From assembly GCF_009914755.1 (NCBI RefSeq), contig NC_060928.1: 64,000 nucleotides of DNA; one strand, 5' to 3'. The notes beneath the pieces are model-generated. The model was not told the origin of the DNA. It worked only from the letters and a program-made list of their open reading frames with translations, and ran no database searches. Positions 51,212 to 64,000 of the stretch are shown here, piece after piece; the stretch's first letter is position 1; every line of letters starts with the position of its first letter. Origin of the DNA: the human T2T-CHM13v2.0 reference genome, Homo sapiens. The translations under genes and the position numbers were made by a program.

Positions 51212-53194
51212 TAAAAATTAATTGTAAGAGATTCTGTGTATGAACATATTAGCTAAAGTTAAAGGGGTATTATTCAGTTTTTCCATAAATTAAACATTGG
51301 AATAAAAGCACAACAGGTTTCTCTTAGAGGACTTATCTGCGCTTTCACAAAAAAATGTAAAGGGTTATAAAGGTTTATAAAATCTTACCTTAGGATTAAA
51401 CATTAAAATTGGGTAAATATGTCTCTAAGGTTTTATTAAAAATTGGGTTTAACATTAATAATACATTAATGTAAAGGTGAAATTTCGCTTATTTGGTATA
51501 AAAATCATCCAGGAAGCATTCTCAAATGTGAAACAGTGTTTTGCTTTCTTTGGACTATATTTGTATAAATATGTTATTGGTATATGTTCCAAAGTTATAA
51601 GAAACTCCTTTATTTCTAATATGACTTAGTGTATGTTACTAATAATTATAATTGTTATGTAAAATTTTGTATGCCACAAAAGTAACCAAATTTCCTTATC
51701 AATTGTGGCTTTAATAGTGGCTGTCCTAAAGTTTTTATCATCCACAGACAGTTGTTGTCTTGTTTTAATCTTCTTTAAAAGGTGGTTTATAATCAACTAT
51801 AGAATTCTAGCAGATGTTCTTAAATGCAGGTTGCTAATAACTTTAGAAATTGTAACATTAAAATAAAGAAAACAACTTTCGAAACTCTCATAAAAAGCTG
51901 GAATGTTCATGAATAACAAGTAGAACAGGAGTTAACTGAATTAACTGAACCAATAGAAAACTGAAGTAATTTTTTTTAACTTTGCTTAAAATATTGCTGA
52001 TCTTTTATTTTTCAAAGGAAACTTCTTTTAAGCTATTTACAGCTTGCAGCAATTAAGTAAAATATACTCCTATGAACAAAATTTGAAACATATTTGTTTC
52101 TCTCTACCTGATTTCTCCGGAATGGAAACCAATTGTAAGTATTCTTAACTTATGGCAATATAGTTGTTTGTATAAGTGCAACAAAAATCTGTTTTCTTTT
52201 GTAATGGGACACTATTGGAGAAATTGGTTATTTTACCAAGGCTTTGACTGGAATGGTGTGCTTTCCTTTAAAGAATCAAACTTGACTTGTAAAGCCAATA
52301 AAAGCCCTATGGGAAACTGGCCTCATACTTTGCCTACACAGTCCCTGTACAGGGTTTCTGACCTATGGTAAGTAAAGAATGTCACTTTCTTACAGGTCCA
52401 GGAGGCCCAAGTTAACTTGGGACCTCAAAAGAAAAGTGTTTTACCCAACTCATAGGTATTTAAGGGTACAAACCCATGGCAGGGCTTAGCTTTAAAAAAG
52501 TCTTACCTGAGATTCCTTATAAAACAGAGTTCCATCAAAGCCAATTAAAAAGCCTGTGTGAAAAATAATTATTCTCGCTGCACTTTATACAAATAATCAG
52601 ACCAAGTATAATAAAGCAAATCAGTCTTACCATAATGTGTCTTTAATAAAAATGGGAAACTGGAGAGAGAATATTATATTTCAAGAACTATAGTATACTT
52701 GTTATTAAATTCTAGTCTCAGTTGTTTTTAAGTTTGTTTCTGCAATTTAGGCTAACCCTGTTTATTCCTGTAAACCAACCAGGGATCTCTAACTGCTGCT
52801 CAGAAGAAACAAGAGGGATGGGTAATGTAAAATTCTAGGCACATTGCAATCAGCTAGCAACCCCATATCAGCTTGGTCTCAACAGTTGCCCAGTTCATGG
52901 AAAGCCTTCTAATTTAGTTTACTTGGAATAACTTTACTTACTTTGCTTTACTCTTATGGAATATATTGCTGTTATACCCTTTGTGTGGGAACACAGGACA
53001 GGCTTACTAAATGTTTTCTTAAACTAAATACTTATTAATCTCCCAGATATCACCTCTTGTCAAAACTCAAGAGTCGGCTAGGCACGGTGGCTCATGCCTG
53101 TAATCCCAGCACTTTGGGGGGCCGAGGCGGGTGGATCACAAGGTCAGGAGATCAAGACCATCCTGGCTAACATGGTGAAATCCCGTCTCTACTA

Positions 53195-53386
<192 letters not shown>

Positions 53387-53563
53387 TCAAGAGTCATGAA
53401 TGGCCCTCGCCACACTGATGCTTTCTGACTAAGCTCCTCTCTACCCTGAACACAAGAGACCCTAACAGTTAGGCAGGAATATCATGGCCCCATTCAGCCT
53501 GAAGAAGTTACAAAAGATGGATTTTCATCCGTCTGCAACTCTTAGGATTAAGAGTTCTCTTAT

Positions 53564-53580
53564 AAAAGGGAAGGGGGAAA
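53564..53580 (+). other. Polypurine tract
   Basis: AAAAGGGAAGGGGGAAA directly before the 3' LTR. Confidence 0.85.
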
Positions 53581-54137
53581 TGTCAAGAGGCATGTGAAAC
53601 AGAACAACTCCATCTTGAATAGGAGCTGGGTAAAATGAGGCTGAAACCTACCGGACTGCATTCCCAGACTGTTAACGCATTCTAAGTCACAGGATGAGAT
53701 AGGAGGTCAGCACAAAATACAGGTCATAAAGACCTCGCTGATGATAAAACAGGTTACAGTAAAGGAGATGGCCAAAACCCATTAAAACCAAAATGGCCAC
53801 GAGAGTGACCTCTGGTCGTCCTCACTGCTACACTCCCACCAGCGCATGACAGTTTACAAATGCCATGGCAATGGCAGGAAGTTACCCTACATGGTCTAAA
53901 AAGGGGAGGCATGAATAACAAACTGCTTGTTTAGCAGATCATCAAGAAATAACCATAAAAATGGGCAACCAGCAGCCCTTAGGGCTGCTCTGTCTATGGA
54001 GTAGCCATTCTTTTATTCCTTTACTTTCTTAATAAACTTGCTTTCACTTTGCACTGTGGACTCACCCTGAATTCTTTCTTGCACGAGATCCAAGAACCCT
54101 CTCTTGAGGTCTGGATCGGGACTCCTTTCCATTAACA
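53581..54137 (+). repeat. 3' LTR (MER41A-like)
   Basis: TGTCAAGAGG...CAACTCCATCTTGAATAGG...TTAACA; colinear with the 5' LTR. Confidence 0.88.
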
Positions 54138-54470
54138 TTTCTGCATGGTGAAGCTATCCATAAATTTAGTTTTTTCTTTTACTAAACCTTATTTTCTGAT
54201 TTTACTTAAGTGACCAAAAATGCAAGAATATATTGAAAGTCAGAGTTAATGATCTTGAGTGTGTAAAAGGAATAACATATTTTTCAACTTTATGGTGAAC
54301 CTATATATAGAAAGGCATATATATATATGAAAGCTAAAAGTGAGTAGATTTTTGCCCCCTGCACTTTGTAACATTACATCAAATTCCTTCTTATTAGAAA
54401 TAGTCTAAATTATTCAGATGTCTTGGAGGGCTGAAAAAAATAGTCTGAATTAGTACTTCTTATTCCAAAT

Positions 54471-54776
<306 letters not shown>

Positions 54777-55447
54777 CAGATTTTTCTTTTAAATAACATT
54801 TTGTTACAAGCTAATGTTCAGAACTCAGTTTTACTGAGCGTTCCCATACTGGCAACTTTTCATGCTTATAAATTGGCTATTTGGGTTGACAGAATATATT
54901 AGCTAGCTAATTGTTTTCTTTTAAAAATCAAAATACTTGTGAACAAATTACTTAGCAAGCAGCAAAAAACATTTTAGAATAGAATCAAAAGCTTCACCTT
55001 CCACCATAAATCCAGTTCTTTTATCTTGCATTCTTCATATTAATCATTAAAACTGTTGAACTAAAACTCTGAAAAGAAATTAAAATTTTTTTCCTAAGAT
55101 AGGCTACTAGAGCTAGAATAAATTATTTTCTGTGGCTGTAGTAACTCAGGACAATGATAGATGAGGGCTGAATTACAGGGAAAAGGATCAATACTCTTAT
55201 TTTTCCTCTCATTTCATCCCAAAAACTAGGCGTCAGAGCATATATGATGAATTCCACTGGGGCAAAGCATTCTGGAAGCTAAAATTAGAGGTGGGAACTC
55301 CCTGTTTTGTGTGAATAACAGGAAGTGGAATTGAAATGTAATGCCAACAGGCAACCTCCTGTTATTGAACACTTGCAGGATTTCAGATTTTATGCTAAGT
55401 GCAATACATTGTATGATTTAAATCTTATAGCATTCTAAATAAGTTAG

Positions 55448-56091
<644 letters not shown>

Positions 56092-57000
56092 TATTATTAT
56101 TAACCTATTTTACAGATGAGGGAAATGAAGCACAGAGTAGAGTAACTTGCCTAAGGTCACACAGCTGGTGAGTGATTCAGTCAAGATTCATAATGCCATT
56201 ATAAATGACATTATGTCATTCGTAAATAATATTTTTACTGGAAACAACCCAAATGTTCATAAATAATAGAATGGACAAATAAATTGTTGTCTGGTCACAT
56301 GATACAACACTATGCAGCCATGAAAATGATCACACTATAGCTACTAACCATAACACGGATAAATCTCACAAATATAGTGTGATTCCATGGACATAAAGAT
56401 CAAAAATAGGCAAAATTAATCTAAGGTGTTATAAGTCAATATAGTGGTTACCTTTGGGAAGGAAGGAGAGACTGGTGATTGGGAAGGGTTCCAAGAGTGG
56501 GTTCTGGGGTCCTGTAATGTTCTATTTTTTTGACCTGCATGGTAGTTAAATGGATGTATCCACTTTGTAGTAACTCATTGAGCTGCACACTTACGACTTC
56601 TTCATTCTTATAAATGTATGTCACGTGTCAATAAAAAAGGTTTAAATGTTTAAAAAAGCAGTGTCTCAGTTTAATTGCCCAATTGTTAATAACAATATCT
56701 GATAAACACTGCTTTCTGCTGGCAGTAATCTTTAGCACATCTCTGTGAAAGTCCTATCATTGATCAGATGCTGAGCAAAAACCAGAGCTGGCTGAGTTGA
56801 AGATAACTGTGGCCAGTAAGGATCACAGACTGTAGTAGTTCAGGCCAGTGATAGCTGAGGATTCTGAAGAGGAGTTCTCTAAGGGCTAGCAAAGCACAGC
56901 TCTGTCACGAAGCTGGAAGTGTACAAACCCCTTGTGTGGTTGCAACCCTGCATGTTAGCCCAAATGGCACCCTTGTGTGGTTTCTTAAAAGCCACTTCTC

Positions 57001-57314
<314 letters not shown>

Positions 57315-57748
57315 CTATGCCTAATATTCTCTCTCTCTCACTCTGATTTAATTTCTGCAAAAATTTACCCATTTTTATTAATATTAAAAATTATAAATAT
57401 TAAATTTGTTACAAATGTTAATAATTAATACTAATTATTGTTCTTGCTTTGTAATTTCTTGCTATTAAAAGAGATGAGAAATGTTTTAAAAGTGGTTGGC
57501 TCGTAACTGAATACATTTCCGGCTGCTACCTCTAGCAGGGTCCTCTAGAAGGGGATTAATGATTGATAATGCTGTTAGACAAGAGACTTTGTGCAACTCT
57601 TTCTGCTTATTTTTTGACAACTCTCAATAATAAACTGGAAAACTTCAAGTCTCTTATGATTATAAAGAGAGTTCTTATTAGACAGGGTAAGAAATCTCAC
57701 ACACAAGGTAGGCATAAGAACCAATGAAGGAAACACATGTTCACATAC

Positions 57749-57855
57749 CAGTAAGCCAGTAAGAAGGGGACCGAGACATGTCCAGCTGCCGAAGCCACAG
57801 TGACAATATGGCCATGGTTATTCTTCGTCATTGCAGGAAGAAATGCCTTTGTAGT
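57749..57855 (-). CDS. HSD17B11: HSD17B11 exon 4 (107 bp)
   Basis: tgtag|ACTACAAAG...GCTTACTG|gtatgt; TTKAFLPAMTKNNHGHIVTVASAAGHVSVPFLLAY(C). Confidence 0.95.
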
Positions 57856-58084
57856 CTACAAATAGTTTTTATTAAAAGAGAAAAAATACTGTATTTCAGA
57901 CTCACAGACCTATTGGGAATATTTTGAAACAAAAGTATATTTTTTAACATTAATCCTGTCATAAATGAAAAAAACAAACTAACTGACAAATGCAGCAACA
58001 ATAAGGTGACTGGATATGATGCCCACATTAGAAAACCTGAGCAAAACAATGGCTACTGAAAGCTTTGAGAATCCATCTCATTTA

Positions 58085-59372
<1,288 letters not shown>

Positions 59373-59738
59373 AGAGAATCTGAAAGCAAACTGGATTCAC
59401 CTTTATAAAATCACAGACGATGACTCGGATGGTCCCCAACTCCTTTCTTTATCTCTAAATAGGATCACACAGAAATGTGAGAACCTAGCTTAGAATTAAA
59501 ACATATACAACACCTGACATTTATTATTAATTTATTATTGTTATTATTAATGTTGTCAGTGAGGAAGAATGATAGAATTTGGTCATAGCATGAAAAATGA
59601 TCTCTTTGTATAATGTTATCCCTGGTGCCTGGAGAAAACTTTAGCATTGATTTAATACTTCCTTATGTCTGCTAAAAGCCCCACTTTAATCTTTGGGATT
59701 TTCAAAAGGAACATTTTTGTAAAAGAAGCCATACTCAC

Positions 59739-59870
59739 CCAGAAATGTGCAAGTACATTAACTTCAAAAGTCTTTTCAATCTGAGGATCTTGTGTAGCAA
59801 ACAAATCTGATGTATAGACTACACCAGCATTATTTACTAAAATACTAACATCTCCAATTTCTGCCTTCAC
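59739..59870 (-). CDS. HSD17B11: HSD17B11 exon 3 (132 bp); exons 1-2 lie beyond window end
   Basis: tttgaag|GTGAAG...TTCTGG|gtgagt; VKAEIGDVSILVNNAGVVYTSDLFATQDPQIEKTFEVNVLAHFW. Confidence 0.96.
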
Positions 59871-59883
59871 CTTCAAAAAATAA

Positions 59884-60236
<353 letters not shown>

Positions 60237-60468
60237 CTTGTACGCAATGACTCTTGTTTTTCTGCTAGATCTGGATAAAAGTGATTTTGCAATCCATGTG
60301 TCAACAGGGGAAAAAAATCCTTTTTATTTTATGCACTTATGTCCAAAATAGATCTATCTTCAAGTGTATCAGGTGGAAATTTTCTTTTGCAATTTAGTCT
60401 CTTGACTTAGTTCTATTGACTATAGATCAAGAGGCATTTGGCTAAGTAGCATTTTTTTTAAAACATTA

Positions 60469-60886
<418 letters not shown>

Positions 60887-60924
60887 TTATTTTCTGTTCT
60901 GTTGTTCAATCGCTCTCCATTAGG

Positions 60925-61150
60925 TGGCAGTAGGCTTAAGGGTGAAGAGTGGTTTCCTTGGACCTTGAGTTTGGGCTCTGCCAGTCACTGTTGGACCTTG
61001 ACCAAGTTACTTAACCTCTTAAAACTTCAATTCTTCCTCTGCAAAATAGAGATACTAATACAAGTTCCTTGTGAGTCGTTGTGGAAACAAATGAAATAAT
61101 GCATGTAAAGGAGCTAACACTGTATCTAGTACACACAGTAAACTGCTATT
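60925..61150 (+). mobile_element. MIR
   Basis: GACCTTGACCAAGTTACTTAACCTCT...CTCTGCAAAATAGAGATA core. Confidence 0.7.
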
Positions 61151-61263
61151 ACTATCATTATAATTATTTCAAAACCATTTATACTTGTCTACAAGTAACA
61201 TGTTTTAAGATTCTCTTCTTGACCTGCTCAGGTGTCTATGAGGGTACTTAATATACAAATATT

Positions 61264-62503
<1,240 letters not shown>

Positions 62504-63354
62504 CTATACTCAAAAGGGGACCATTACAGGTAATGTAACTTTTTTTCAAAATAATTGTTATATCTTCTGGACTAGAATATAATCAATAACTATCTCTTCA
62601 ACTAAGAAAGATCATAGAATCTTGATGCTTAAGCCCTACTTTTTATAAGATTGGAGTACCATAATTCCAAGGGGTAGCAATGCAAAAATACCTTATATGA
62701 GATTTTTATGGTTCCATAAGCAACTAAGATGCTTGGGCGGATAGACCCTAGCGTCCTAATGCATTTTGTTATACACTGTGTTTCAAATGAAACCTAGCTC
62801 TATTAACAGAGTTATCATTATTTAGAGATAGTGCTACAGTGTGTTGGGGGACTGAGGGAAAAGTGGCAAATAGCCTATGAGGGGCTTTTACTTTGTTATG
62901 CATTTACATGATTTCATTATTTTTCTTATTGAATTCTCACAGTAACTCAATGAGACAGCAATTCTTATATGCTCACTTTAAAGATGAAAACATGAAACAG
63001 AATGGTTGAGTTTCATACCCAAGGTCACATGGCTATTAAAAGATGGAGCTGGGACTCTCCCAGATCTGTCTGACGTCAGAGCCCAAGACAAGCCACCCCA
63101 AACAGAAAGGAGGCCATGGGCAAAAGTCTACCAGTACTCCTGTAGGGCATCAATCTGCCATGCTGAAGGCTCTTCAGTCAGAATTGAATTTCATCAGATT
63201 ATATTTACGTTAGTAAAGTGTCAAGCTAAGTTTTTTGACCCTGATCAACACCATTTATACCTATATACTATTTTATATTACCAAAGGATTTTCCCAGACA
63301 CTCTTGACCCTTTCTTCATCATTGCCTATTACCTCCCCAGGATATGAATGTCTG

Positions 63355-63812
63355 TTTTGTATTTTTTTGTATTAATTTTGTTTTTAAATTTTTGTGGGTA
63401 CATAGTAGTGTATATATTCAAGGTTACATGAGACATTTTGATACAGGCATGCAGTGCATAATTATCACATCAGGGTAAATCAGGTATCCATCCCCTCAAG
63501 CATTTACCCTTTGTGTTACAAACAATCCAATTATACTTTTAGTTATTTTAAAATGTACAATTAAATTACTATTATTAATCATTTTTACTAACAAAAAATT
63601 CTTTATGGCTGCTCCTTGCAGAGCAGGGCTAACTCACAGGCAGTGCAACCAGAGTAGCCTATTTGTTCTAATTTTTGGTACCCATTAACCATCCCTACTT
63701 CTTCCCTACACCACCTCTACCCTTCCCAGCCTCTGGTAACCATCCTTCTACTCTCTATCTCCAAGAGTTCGATTATTTTAATTTTTAGCTCTCTCAAATA
63801 AGAGAGAATATG
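63355..63812 (-). mobile_element. L1MA-like 3' end fragment
   Basis: TTTTGTGGGTACATAG...TTTTGATACAGGCATGCA...CTCTGGTAACCATCCTTCTACTCTCTATCTCC. Confidence 0.8.
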
Positions 63813-63819
63813 TTTTGCG

Positions 63820-63897
63820 TGTATATATATATGATTTTATATATATATATAAATATAAAATATATATATAAATATATATATATAAATATATATATAA

Positions 63898-63938
<41 letters not shown>

Positions 63939-63969
63939 TATATAAATATATATATATAAATATATATAA

Positions 63970-64000
<31 letters not shown>
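63820..64000. repeat. (TA)n/(TATAAA)n AT-rich simple repeat, runs off window end
   Basis: Direct observation. Confidence 0.95.

Overview
This is primate (very likely human) genomic DNA from the HSD17B13/HSD17B11 tandem locus. Both genes are on the minus strand. HSD17B13 exons 1-4 and its promoter lie at about 533-8180, and HSD17B11 exons 3-7 plus the 3'UTR lie at about 21570-59870; I checked the splice sites by eye. HSD17B11 intron 5 holds a full-length, sense-oriented L1HS Ta-1d with a 17-bp TSD, ORF1 K3E, a net -8 nt ORF2 frameshift and an intact ORF0. Intron 4 holds a two-LTR, non-coding MER41A-type provirus. The rest is about 40 Alus, older L1/L2/MIR, MaLR LTRs and MER DNA transposons. 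I found no new protein-coding system. The main unexplained signal is a set of short, near-identical, locally templated copies: a 248-bp piece of an ancient L1M split into an inverted and a direct copy (the L1HS later inserted into it), a 52-bp MER5-junction copy inside an Alu, a snap-back inversion at an Alu tail, and a two-hairpin filler in an L1MA. Other points of note are a tRNA-Glu(TTC)-like relic with A/B boxes and a duplicated PBS in the ERV, and a 72-bp GC-donor cassette exon in HSD17B13. Repeat subfamily names come from recalled consensus sequences, and repeat boundaries are approximate.
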